A stretch of DNA of 64,000 bases from Nymphaea colorata. Its lineage: Eukaryota. Every line of letters begins with the position of its first letter. Positions within the stretch are counted from its first letter, which is position 1. Below, in pieces: positions 1 through 13,054 of this stretch. The position numbers and the translations under genes are program-made. The stretch is taken from assembly GCF_008831285.2 (NCBI RefSeq), contig NC_045138.2, positions 19,468,001 to 19,532,000 on the forward strand. The letters run 5' to 3'. The notes beneath the pieces are model-generated. The model worked only from the letters and a program-made list of their open reading frames with translations. It was not told the origin of the DNA and searched no databases.

Positions 1-1101
1 CGAGAGATTTGGTTTTTTTATGAAATTTATTGTTTTGTTTTGTGTAAACGGGTCTAGGTAATAATTGGTATACCTTTGTTGTTGAATTTATGACTATTCT
101 TTTAGAGCTTTTAACTAAAATATTAGAATATATGAAAGATAATACGAAAGAAAAGTACGGTCAACATCAAGAAGAGCACGACAACATCAAGAGCTTGGTG
201 AATTTCAAAAGCCTAAACCCCCAAGTGAAGAATCTATTTGAATAAAAGGAAGAAGAGTAGAAGTTATTTGGGAGACTATCTGATGTAGAGATCGCTCGTC
301 GGAGAATGGCATGCCATCACCACGGTACCAACCGATTGCAAGCAGTTCCTATCCCTGTGAGGCTTCGAGTCTCATACACTCTTCCACTACCGGACTGAAT
401 GGTACTTTTGTAGCATAACACGATGCCATATGAACCTTTGCCTAAGCGTGCTAAGAACGTCATGGTGATACCCTGATACGACATTCTTTTCGGTTTTTTT
501 CCATGTGAGATGCGATTGCTCTATCCCCAAACCCTTACCTCCCGTCCGTTTTTATAAATATTACTGCATGCTTATTTTGTTTTTGCATTTCATCTCATCA
601 TGTCCATTATTCGACAATTTTTTGTTTTGTCATTCTTCTTCAAGCTGCTAAAGCATAAACTTATAATTGGTCATCAGTCTGTCATGGTAATACATGTGAT
701 CTAATTTTTTATGTCTTTCTAGTCCGTTGAATATGCTGCACTGGTGTTACTGGTTTTTCTATTGTGTGGAGGGCGTTGAGTTCTGCTAAAAAAGGATGCA
801 AAATTGAGTGTGAACTTTTGTCGATCTTGTCAATTCTGCGAGACCTTTATTTTTTAAATGAAATTTATTATTTGTTTTGTGTTAACGGAAGTAGGTAATA
901 ACTGATATACATTTGTTGTTGAATTTATGACTGTACTTTTAAAACATTTAGCTAAAATATTAGAATATATAATAGATATGAAAGATAATATGGAAGAAGA
1001 GTACAATAACATCAAGAGCACAGTGAACATCAAAAGCCCAAACCTCCAAGTAAAGAATCCACTTAAATTAAAGAAGAGGAAAAAGAAGGGGAGCTATTTG
1101 G
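1..1101 (+). repeat. Diverged direct duplication, 1-271 vs 839-1101
   Basis: Collinear blocks ATGAAATTTATT, TTTGTTGTTGAATTTATGACT, CTAAAATATTAGAATATAT, AACATCAAGAGC and AAGAATC. The first copy may extend beyond the window edge. Confidence 0.85.
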
Positions 1102-1705
1102 AAAGGTTTATGTTTGCTTTTAGTTTGTTTTGTTTTTTTGTTTGTAATAGATTTTGTTGTTTTGTTTTTATGTAATAGATTTTGTTGTTAATGAACTGGC
1201 CTTTCTAATCTCTGTCTCTCTTTTGATTACTGATCCGCTGTAATTACTGCATCTCATAGATCATGGGCATGCTTTTGACGTTCAAGTGTAATTTTTATGT
1301 TTGCATGATATTCTTTAATATATCCGCACACCTTTAAGATACTTACTAAAAGGAAACCTGATCCTTGGAAACCCGAAAGAGAGACTTTCAAGAAATCAAG
1401 CCATGGTGTTGGTTTGCACTCTCTCGCATGGGAAAATATTTTGGAGGAAAAGATTTACCAAGGGAACTTTCCGGAGAACCCACGCGGTGAAGAATTTATG
1501 TGCTACGTTGTTGGGATGAGCCATGCCGAAGCGTGTGGGCGTTATCCTGTAGTGGTCAAAGATCACCATATCAAAAACTAATTTTACATTAAAGGGAGGG
1601 TTGTAAGTCCAGCAAGTTGACATGACTACCTTCACCGTTTCTTGAGCTGTCATAGTTTTAAATAGAGAGCTGCCTCACTTTCTCTCTCTAATTGCAGAGC
1701 GTCGT

Positions 1706-4102
1706 GGTGGGGTTCAGATTTCTGACCTTCTTTTGAAATTTTCACTTAAATGACTACATTTTCACCATAATATCGCATCTAAGCCTTAGTAATAAGGGTG
1801 GGCATCGGGTCGGGTCGGTCCGATCTGACCCGTTGGGCCGGGCAGCCCAGCCAAGGTCTTGGCTCGGGCCGTTTAAAAATAAAAACTATTTTTTAATCAT
1901 AAAATAATTTTTTAAATATAAAATATATTTAATAATAATAAATATATATTATTAAAAAAATTAAAAAATATATATATTTTAAACATAAACGGACCAAACC
2001 GGCCCGGCCGGCCTGTCGGGCCTAGGCCCACCCTTACTTAGTAAATCGATATTTTCCGGTCACTCGGCTGCTGTCGACTACTACTGTTAGCATGAAAATC
2101 ACCACAAGATTATTGGCCTTTTAAAATTAATCATGACTCTTCATGGTAGACTTATCCATGTTTCCTACAAGATTGAGATTGATGATTTTGATTGATTTTT
2201 TTTTCCCATTGATTGCAATTTACTAAAAATGCTCACGAGTAGGAGTAATTACTTGCGGCAAAGTTAGTTTTTTAATTTTTAAAAAGCCCAAGCTTTTTAC
2301 TTGTTCCAAAAGGTATAATGTAAATTCCGAATGATCTACTGATCCGCTAATATACTTGCGGCTGTAATGGAAATATGCAATACATTTATTACTGAAGAAT
2401 AATGTCCTTCAACCTACTAAACTTCAAATTACATGGCAGGTTAATGGTTTAATGGGTTGAAAACAGAAATAATATCGTTAATGTGTCATGTATTTTAAAT
2501 GGCAGGTGTACTTTAAAACAAAATCGTATAATTGTTTCAAAAACACAAAAAAGGCAAGAGCGATGAAAGATCGCTTCTATTATCATTATTATTATTATTA
2601 TTATTTGGTTATTACCTAGACCATTTATTTATTTTTATTTTATTTTAATTTTTCTTATTAATAATCTAAAATTTAAGAAAGGGTCGGATTACATTGTTAA
2701 TAAATTCACTATAACGAGCTCCTATCATGAACCGTTGCTCATGCCAACAGCCAAAAATTAAAATATTCATTGAAAGGTTGAATATCAACTGTCCAGCCGA
2801 TTCAATTGAATTGTAGATAATAGGCAGAAGAAATTACTATATTCATGTTAAAAAAAACTTGTAAACTATTTAAGAATAACCTAAAATGAAATAAACTTTG
2901 AAAACTAAAAAAAAAAAAAACTGTGTTGATTTACAATTAAATCAAATCAATTTTCCTGCCATTCGATTTTAATGAGTCGATTGAGATCGACTTAATTTGC
3001 CACATTGGTTAACATGGGAATACATGTTCTCACATTTTATTAGAGGAATATTTTGATCATTTTACACGACGATTTTTTTTTCTAAACTGCAATTTTGCCA
3101 AATTGGGAGAACCGTCTTCCATTTAACTAGCAAGGGCGTTTTTGTTATTTGCAACCAATAATGCATGACCCTACGTTAGAGGCCACAACATATAGACAAA
3201 AGGTTGCTAAACTTTTGCATGTAGTTCTCAAACAACCTCCTCTTCATAAAAATTTATTAAAATATAAAGAAATAAAATATATAATTTCCATTCTCAAACA
3301 ATTTTTCCTTAAAAAAAAATATTGACAAAACCTTATCTGATGGCAAGGGGACCGGGAGAGTTGACTGTTGTAGTTTTCCATTTTTCATATTTTTGATACA
3401 TAGTTTTAAGAAATTATTTGAAAAGAGTATTTTTGTATTTTATTTTATTTATTTTAATCTTCATTTTGAAAAGGCAAGGTCTACTGGTGTCTACATGTTC
3501 AACAAAAAACAACTCATGATTTAGGTAATGTATATTAATGTGTGTAACTGGATGGGTAATGTAAATTAATAAACATGAAATTTGTTGGGTTTGAGAATAT
3601 GGATTTCAGTTGTTTTATCTTATTAAAATAGAAACCCCACCTCTCATCTTCATTCTTCATTGGGGTGGGGTTCAGATTTTTTCCCCTCTTTTGAAATTTT
3701 CATTTAAAGGACTGCCCTTTCACCGTAATGTCGTATCTAAGCCTTATTAAATCGATCTTTTCTGGTCCGCCCTGCTACTGTCGACTGTCAGCACTAAAAT
3801 CACCACAAGATTATTCGCCTTTTAAAATTGATCATGATTCTTCATAGTAGACTTATGCCTGTTTATTGCAAGATTGACATTGATGATTTTGATTGATTTT
3901 TTTTTTCCGTTGATCGCAATTTACTAAAACCGCTCAAGAGTAGTACTTACTTGCGGCAAAGTTAGTTTTTTAACTTTTAAAATCCCAAGCTTTTTACTTG
4001 ATCCAAAAGGTATAATGTATATTCGGAATGATCTATTGATCTGCTAATAAACTTGCGGCTGTAATAGAAATATGCAATCAATTTATTACAGAAGAATAAT
4101 GT
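1706..4102 (+). repeat. Diverged ~440-bp direct duplication, 1706-2405 (with MITE) vs 3664-4102
   Basis: Collinear from GGTGGGGTTCAGATTT to GAAGAATAATGT, sharing AAAATCACCACAAGATTATT, ACTTGCGGCAAAGTTAG and CCAAAAGGTATAATGTA. Confidence 0.9.
1793..2036. mobile_element. 244-bp hAT-type MITE with perfect 11-bp TIRs and 8-bp TSD
   Basis: TIRs are TAAGGGTGGGC / GCCCACCCTTA, and the TSD CTTAGTAA lies at 1785-1792 and 2037-2044. Ends are GC-rich around an AT-rich core. The element is absent from the paralogous segment at 3743-3750. Confidence 0.92.
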
Positions 4103-4546
4103 TATCCCAATCTGTGGAACTGTTCTAGCATCTTCTAATCACTGATATTTCATTCCAAATGGGATGTTTTTTTTTTTCCTTTCGATAGCATAATAAGCTA
4201 GTCCGGAACTTTGCAGGATTTGTCAAATTGAAATCATATTCCTGCATCTTTTGTGAGGTCTCTGTGGGATGACAAGCTTGCTGACGCAAAGATGTTCTTT
4301 CTGGTTACATTTGCCTCATTGCAATTTATTTACTCCCTGAAATCTTCCTGTCACGTTGTTCTTTTCTTCATCAACATTTTAATGCTGCAATCTGGTCAAG
4401 CTATATATGGAGATGAAATATTTTATGGACTAAAATTTAGCTGTTGGTGCTAATTTTGCATCTAAGATTTGTCCTTTTCTGATGTATGCCAATAAAGATG
4501 GTAGTATTGATAATCTTCGTATAAAGAACTGACACTGACAATTCAG

Positions 4547-5370
4547 GTGGGCATGGTACACTTTTTCTCCAGAAGTATGAGTTTCCCACTCAATTCTCCT
4601 TCATTTTGTGTCTACGACACCCGAAGTCTATCTCAGGACATGAATGAGAACTTAGAAAACATTAAAGAATGGATGGTAGCAGGTGTTCGTCATGGAGCAC
4701 CAGTATTGAGGTTTGATATTTTATCCATTTTGAGGACTCCCTGTTAATAAAGAAAATGCTCGCGACAGAAAATCAGATGATGCAGAGACATGTAAGGCCA
4801 TTTTGTGCAGAGGACGTCAACTGGATCACTTGTTCAATAGGGTGAAGGAAGTCAATTTTGTTATATTTGTCGTGAGTGGACTGTCAGTAATAGAAGCCAT
4901 GAGAAATGGTGATAATAAATACTTTGGTAAGCTTGCTAAGAACTTCAATCGCCCATACCTTTTGTTTAACGGTATCTCTCTGTTTTCTCATGTCTCTGTT
5001 GCAGCTGTTTGCCTTCGATATTTCACTGCTGGATGACTGAAACATATTCAAGTGATTATATTTTATAACAGCATAAAGAACAACTTTTTTCTTACCATTT
5101 TACTGAACACGATTTAAAGTTGTTTATATTTATATACTTCATTAAGCAAATAGAGCCATGCTGTTTGAACGGGCTTATTTGCAAATGGGAAATGAAATTG
5201 GCTGATGTTTTCTCTTTGTTCATGACTGGAGTCATATTATATGCTAGAAGGCCAACTGCTGTAATGGCTAACTCTGTTTATCATGATTCCAGACGACAAG
5301 CCAGTTCTGGTTGTCACACATGGTGACCTACTGGACATCTCTGAGCATGTTCTTGTCCGCATGCACTTGG
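4547..5370 (+). pseudogene. Truncated, frameshifted fragment of a plant P-loop NTPase gene (At4g13030-like family)
   Basis: Three exon-like blocks have GT-AG boundaries: 4547-4710 (GHGTLFLQKY / SFCVYDTRSLSQD..WMVAGVRHG), 4769-4971 (VNFVIFVVSGLSV..FNRPYLLF) and 5293-~5370 (DDKPVLVVTHGDLL..VRMHL). There is a 1-nt frameshift near 4580-4587, no Walker-A exon upstream, and similarity stops abruptly near 5370. Family recognised from memory. Confidence 0.7.
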
Positions 5371-5601
5371 CTTATAGCAGTAAGAAAATCCTGCAGGTCT
5401 CTTTGATTGCCTCGGACCTGGAACCTCAAACCCGTGGTGATATGAGTTTTTTGGGATGTTGGGTTGCAATATCTCAGATAATAGTATTTGAAAAAATGAA
5501 AAACTAAGTTTGAATAAAAAGATTTAGAAAAAAATAAATTGAATGAGCCTTTTTTAGCTGATGAAAAACCCTAATTTCAATAAGAAGGTACACATGCACA
5601 C

Positions 5602-5720
<119 letters not shown>

Positions 5721-6241
5721 ATCAGCTTCTGATTAAGTATGCAATGGGCCCAGATGTACATAAATTCAAAATAAACAGTATAAATGTCTCGGTCAATCAC
5801 AGTTTGTTTATAATTTAGTGAGGTTAGAAATTGTCTCTCTTCTTTGGCAACGATTGAACCAAATGTATAATGAGGTTTGAAGTTGGCATGTTGGTCTGCA
5901 TATTCATTTGAAACTAGACCCATGGGCCCAGATGGACATTAAATTATAGAATATTAATACGAAGTTAAATTAGAGTTTGAAGCTAGACCCGAACCGATCA
6001 CATATTCATTTGAAACTAATTAAATCTGAATCCAGTAGGATGTCAGTTTTTAAATTCAACCAATCTGATTTCTTAATTAGATATTAAATCGTTTTCATAT
6101 CCGATTTTTCGAAGTAATTCAATCAAATATTCAGTCTGAATCTGATCCATTGAAATCTCTAGTCTAAACCTAACTTCGAAACAAAACCAAATAGTTTGGC
6201 ACATTTACATTATTACAGCTGATGACATTAACGACCAAGAG

Positions 6242-6444
6242 TGTAACACCCCAACAAATTTATTTTCATATAAAAGATATATAAAAGATATCTTTTGAGA
6301 GATCTTGAAGGGCTAATAAAAGGAGTTAATAAGTTGTTGGTTGTCCTGGATTCTAGTCTTTTTTGAGTTCTAAAATTACTAAGAGAATTGGTAGGGATCC
6401 ATCAGACCAAGAGCTCGAACCTGGAGGTAGGTTGGGTTGTTACA
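6242..6444. mobile_element. 203-bp solo LTR, diverged relative of 42225-42433 in opposite orientation
   Basis: TGTAACACCCC...GGGTTGTTACA termini. Its reverse complement aligns by eye with the 42225 element (ACAACCAA..ACTTA..CCTTT..TCAAGAT). The TSD is degraded. Confidence 0.65.
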
Positions 6445-6508
6445 AAAGATCCATTGGCTGATGAGTCGATGACACCCAAAAGTTGCTACTCTCCCTCCCT
6501 CCCTCCCT

Positions 6509-6540
<32 letters not shown>

Positions 6541-8374
6541 TCATTGAATCCTGTTTTTTCCCTTGAAACAATGAAATCTGCCTTGGTTCATCATTTACGC
6601 TCATGCAAAAGTTATCTGAACAACATTGAGGGAGATGGAAGCTTGATCTATTTTTGCCCTATTTTCCCCTAGAATTACCACAATGTCTCCATGAAATAAC
6701 GTAGAAGCATGTCTTCTCATGTTAACCATGAAACTTTTCTCACGTGTGAGGTCAATTTTGCAATAAGAATGACCTACGTGTTATGACATTTCACTTGTAC
6801 AACACTTCATTGCAGTTAGTAATAATAAAAAACACTCACACAACGTCGTGCTTATATATAAGGTTGGACATTCGGCCAGGTACCCGATGGGTACCATATA
6901 ATGTTTGGGCATCGGCCAGGTACTCGACGGGTACCATCGGACCAAGTACTCGACAGGTACCCAGTAGTACTCATCGGATCAATTACTCGACAGGTACCCA
7001 GTACCCAATCAGATCTGGCCTAAGCTCGACCCAGGTTGGTCCGTTGGGGCATATATATATATATATATAGACGTGCGTTGGGGTTACTTTCATAAAAAAA
7101 AAAACTGAATTATCTTTTTCAAAATGACGACCATACCCTTTAGGTGAAACCGTGTCCAAGGCAGCATACATCCCAAACAGGATCTGAATAGGCAGCCACA
7201 TGTTGGGTCCAGGGCACGAACATGCACCATGCTCTTAAAGTGGGTGTTCGGAGCCGAACATGCACCACCCAGCACAGTTTTCCCGTTTTCTTTTCATTTT
7301 TTTTTTCTCTGACCGTGCATTAACGGCTACTTCAAGCTGGGGCTCCACGACCACAAACACACGGTCAACGGATATGGTTGAAAAGCATCTATCGACCACA
7401 AGAAGCCAAATTTGGAGTCCACCTTCAAGGTAAAAAAAGAATACAAATGGTTTCAAATCATTTTAGTCAAACAATTTCAAAGTCAGAAAAGAATGAATCC
7501 TAGTCAATCTGGGTCCAGTGGATAAAAGTCAAGAACTTGTGGTCAATTGATCAAACAAACCGGTGGTTGGAGCCCTTCTCAGGAATATATATATATATAT
7601 ATATATGCGGGGAGAGAGAGAGAGAGAGAGAGAGTTATTTAGCTTATTCAAGACGTCCGATTTATATGATGGATAGTTGACAAAAAAAGAAAAGAAAAAA
7701 AGAGTTTAATTAAATCACATTTTTCTTCTTATTTTTTTTCTTAATCAACCTCCTCCTTTTTCCTTATATATATATATATATATAATGTGAACCTCGTAAT
7801 CTAAACGTAAATACTCATTTAATATAAGTCGTACTCTAGTTCAAGTTGGTTTTTATAAAAAAATATTTTTTTACAATTTTTTAATGTTAAGAGAACCGTT
7901 TATTTTTTTATTATTAAAACACATTATTAAATAAAAAAATGACTAAATTAGTATACATTTATCACTAAATTACTTAATTGATCATATCTATCAGGTTGAA
8001 CTGCAACAAAAATATTTTCATAATTAATAGTTTAATAAGTTTGACTTTTATCCCTTATCCAAATGGCCTGATATAAATTTATATGGCTGGACCTATTGTA
8101 CATTCTTTAACTCAGGTGTTGTACATACAACAAAATATGATGGCAACCATAGGATTTGAATCTGGTCTTCTTGAGTATGAACTACCTTGCTGCCCGCAGC
8201 AATTGCACAACATCCCTTGAGACTTAGCGTTTAATATTCTTAAAATAATGTTTAGTAGAAAGAATATATGTTCTTCAAAAACATGTTGCAATAATAAGTG
8301 TTTTAGGGTTGATAGGTTCTTATCTAAAAAGAACATGATGTGATGATGTTCAACATTTATTTATGGAAAACTCT

Positions 8375-8487
<113 letters not shown>

Positions 8488-9057
8488 ACTGAGAGAAGCT
8501 GGATTGCCGTAGTGTGAGAAAAAAAAATTAAAAACATTTAAAAAATAAAAGAAAATTTATTAGTGTGTGATACACCGTCTCCATGACAAATCAATCAATT
8601 TGCTACTTATTCGGTTCTGAATTTTGCAATGAAGTCTTCAACACGAGCCCATTAAGCAGCTGGTTCAAAGATTAAGACAACTTGGACTGTGGGCCACAAA
8701 TGGGGACTCGACTGGTAGGTTTTAGAACGTGCCAAATGCATGCAAATTGAGTCGAGTCAAAGACTCAAAACGACTTGGATCTAAAATCAATATCGTCCTC
8801 ACCTCTCCCTCAATGACGAAACGACAGTGCGTCATTGGAATTATTCAATCAAACAATGTCACACATGCGTCAATATATACATGCCTTAATGAAATTACTT
8901 CCATGAAATCGACTTGGATTGAAAAGCATAATATATATATCTCTCTCTCTCTATTTTCCTGTCGTTGTCTATCTCTCTGTTGGCAACAAACATTAATTGT
9001 TCGGTCTCTGGAAGGAACGGATGCTCTTAGAATTCCGAGAACATGTGCTCCAAGGAA

Positions 9058-9160
9058 CATTAAGTTCTGGTCCAAAAGATCAGGACGTGATAATGTCCAA
9101 CACGTTGAACCATTAAGTTCTGTTCTGGTCCAAAAGATCAGGACGTGATAATGTCCAACA
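9058..9160 (+). repeat. Short tandem duplication (~53-bp period)
   Basis: CATTAAGTTCTG(TTCTG)GTCCAAAAGATCAGGACGTGATAATGTCCAACA at 9058 and 9111. Confidence 0.9.
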
Positions 9161-9669
9161 TGTTGGACTTAAAATGGTAACATTTTTAGCTTTAATTATT
9201 CAACATTTGTTTGAACCGTTAATACAAAGAAAGAGAGAGTAGGAGAAGGTGAAAGTTTAAAGGCTCAGGAGCTTGGTAGGTCATTGAGAGCTCCATTGTC
9301 AATTTGATTCTGATAGGCACCACTTTTTTGCATTGTAAATGGTAGTGGTGCGACACTCTAGTTATAAGGTGTACCACTTGAAGCAGCTTTGAACCTTAGG
9401 GAAGGACTTCAATCCTACTTTGAGTGGCTTCCACTGACCCGAAGGGCAGCAACTTCAGAATATAGAGAAAAACTGGTGCAATCAATGATTTGCAAATAGA
9501 GAGGGAAATCTAGAGAGAGAAAGAGAGAAGAATGAGCTGTTTCTTAACCTCCATGATGACACTCCTAATCCCAAGCTCAACATTTTTCGAAACCATCAAC
9601 ATAGCACCCTCCAATAATTGAACTCAGGTTGTGGTTATAACATGCCACTCAACCCAATTGTTTGCACTA

Positions 9670-9767
<98 letters not shown>

Positions 9768-10089
9768 GTGGTGCAAATTACGGAGGAGAAAGAGGCACCT
9801 AGTGGATGCAATTTTTAATTCCTTCAAAAAATGAAAACAAATTGTTTTTAGTGCTTCGTGCATCTTGTTCTTTGTTAGAAAGCTGCATGCCAAGGAACAA
9901 CAAATTTCAGCTATCAAACACGCTCTAACTAACTGTCTACTAATAGTAAAAACTTTTTACTAAAAAAATTTAAAAGTTTGATATGAAGGCTCAAAAAAAA
10001 AAATTCAAAAGTCTGATATCAAGTCTGAATGATACAAAACCTAACCTGCTCATTGAGTTTCCATAATCTTTTCAAACCTATACTTTGCA

Positions 10090-10288
10090 CAAGGGCAGAG
10101 CCAGAAACTATTTTAGAAGGGTCAAGAAGTATTTATCATGGGCCAAACAATGTTTTTCAAAATTTGTACATATATCAAGTTAAAATTTGTCAAGAAATAT
10201 AAATATAAATTTCCTTTTCAATATGTGAGGGAAAGAGTGTGGAGGGTGGGCCATGGCTCCTGCCAGCCCCTTCTTGGCTCCGCCCCTG
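10090..10288. mobile_element. Short MITE with CAGGGGCGGAGCCA-type (Tip100-like hAT) TIRs
   Basis: CAAGGGCAGAGCCA ... TGGCTCCGCCCCTG. Related decayed copies lie at about 11515-11788 and 18989-19145. No clean TSD. Confidence 0.6.
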
Positions 10289-10835
10289 GTATACAGTCGT
10301 TCATTTTCCATAGAAAAGCATGAAAAAGCCAACCATACCCTTCCCTCTCGATCTGCTGTAATCCGTGGTAAATAGATTCCAATGGAAGCAGCAATTCTCT
10401 GAGGAAAGTTTGAGTCCCATCACCATCCCATGCGCGGCAATCACTTTCATTAATCTTGCAAACCATGTTTGTTTCATTTTCCACCTTCTGCCATGGAAAA
10501 GTACTCCACCCTTTCCCATGGAACCAAAGCATTCTATTGGCATCATTTTCATGAAGCCAAAATAGCAGTCAATGGATTGGTTTTCCAACTGAAAAATGTA
10601 TTGAGGTAGCCGAAAGGGCAGGGTATACCCAGACAAAAACAAAAATTCCCCTGATTCGAGAATACTCTAGGTTGACTTAACTTCAAAATAAAGGGACCAT
10701 AAATCGGGTTTGGCACGTACTGCTAAAGGATGGGCAAAGGGCAGGGTACCCGATCCTGATAAGAAAAACTTGTTGGCCCGAGTTGGTGTGAGTTAGAAAT
10801 TGGCAGTATGATTCATTATATATATATATATATAA

Positions 10836-11148
10836 GTGGTTGGCAGACACTAGACTGCTACTTGGGTAAGGAATAAAAACCAGACCTCTTAAATTCATGC
10901 TAAAAAGTATTTCAAACAAAATATGAACCTGCTAATGTGTTTATAAATACTAGTTTAATGTAAAGCATGCTTTAGTTGAACTCATTTTTGTATAAATAAC
11001 GGAATTTTATACTATCAAAATTTTGATGTTATAAGAGTCATTCATTTTTTATTATTCAAAAACATTATTTAAGTAAGAAAACAACTAACTTCATATATGC
11101 TGCTCATCAAATCACTCTTAAGGTTAGATTGTAAAAATAAATATTTTA
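10836..11148. mobile_element. Truncated copy of the microsatellite-associated TIR element
   Basis: The left end GTGGTTGGCAGACACTAGAC matches the reverse complement of the 54457 end. It is flanked by (TA)n on both sides, and the right TIR is missing. Confidence 0.65.
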
Positions 11149-12721
11149 ATATATATATATATATATATATCCCTCAGGATACGCCAGCAGTTGGCTCACT
11201 CAAAAACTCTTGATACAACACCATTAACTTTCTTTAAAACTCTTTGAGTGTCGCTGATGGCTCTCTTAGAAATGATGGCATGCTAGCAGGGGTTTCTGAA
11301 ACATTAAAATATAAAAGGTTAATTAGAGTTTTAAAAGTTGATAGTTGGACGCAACATGATAACTATGTGGTCCGTGGTTCGGCCGTGGGCAAGGGGTTTG
11401 GGCCTGCCCAAGCCCATCTTTGTCAAGCTTTGGGCCCAGCCCGGCCCAATGTCAACTTTAGTTCCCACTGGTAGAGCCACATATGGGCTGCTGTGGGCAA
11501 CTACTCATGCTAACTAGTGGTCGAGCCAGAAATTTTTGGATATAAGGAATTTTAATAGAAATTCTCATTTTTGAAAGGACACAACGTATATAAATAAGCA
11601 AATAATTGTAAGAAATCTATGTAAAAATAAATAAATAAAATTTGTTGTTGGGCTACTGACACCAGCTCTTCAATGTTTTTTTTAATTTTCACAATAACAT
11701 CATCAATTACTTGCTCCGTTATATGTATGAGTTCCCCTTTGGACGTGAAAATCGGTGAATCCAAAAATTTGTTATAGCTCCGCCATTGACTGCTGCCTAC
11801 TTCAAAAATAAGGTCGTTGATGATTGAATAAGTTTATCGATCAGATTGAGATTATATTATGGTTAATTTGCAACTGAAGCTTAATTAGGGTGATGATATT
11901 AAGACAAGAGGCTTAATGACACAAATCGATGAATATTGGTATATATGAATGTATCAACCTTCCATTTTGCAGCTTCAGCTTCCTCATGGAGTTACCCTTA
12001 ATTTGTTCTTGTAAGATTAAAGGTTAAAGGGCTGAAGTTGAGAACTAGTAAGATTTACCATTAATTTGTTCTTGCTAAAATCGTCAATGGAGTTACTAAT
12101 TTCATTGCCACTAAAACGAAGAATTCTTTTGGTTAGATATGTTAGATAAGGTGCATAGAGCATATAGTCCATGATGATCCACGAGCAAAACTACTTAGTC
12201 TTCTGGTCACCCCCTTTCAAATCAATGTCACATTTTGTCAACTCTCACATGCCTGTGCTCGTCTGGTAAGTTAAAAGTCTCTTATCAAGACGGCCGCCTT
12301 AAATGAATGACCAAACTACCCCTCATAAACCTTTCTCTGGATGGTGCTTCTCATATTGCATTTTTATTAGTTTTACGTTCTACGTACTTTACACAAAATA
12401 TAATTTTGTTTTGGCATTTTCAGTCGGCCTTGTTACTCCTAAGAACTGGGGTTCGCTAGCATCTATTGTAAAGTCCATCTAAAAATTTTCTTGTTTTTAT
12501 CCATCTCAAATTTTTCTTGTTTTTTTTTTCTTTGTTTTCTACTTAAGCAGATATATGAGAAATTGGTAGGTGCTGGACCCTTTAGTGTTAAACATGTAAA
12601 GAATCATCTTACTTGTTGATCTTTTTTAAGATGGATAGTTAAGAGAAAAAACAAAGGAACAAAAAAAGATAGGATAATTTAGTCATATAATACTAACAAT
12701 TTTTTTTTTTGTTTTTCTCTA

Positions 12722-12773
<52 letters not shown>

Positions 12774-13021
12774 TCTCTGAATAACATATGTCAAGGGCTT
12801 GGCTAAAAAAGCACTGATAGCTTTTTGCTCTGCAAGACTGCAACAGGCTACAAAAATGAGAAACAATTTCTCTAGGTTTTCTCTTTCTAAGAGAAGCGTG
12901 CATATTGTTAGGTTTTGAAATGTTTCTTACCTATCTTCATGTTTTTCTTGTCAAAAGCTTGTGAAGATAGCAGCCCAGTTGAGAAGACATTTTCAAAGTC
13001 AAAATTTTCTCTCTCTCACAG

Positions 13022-13054
<33 letters not shown>

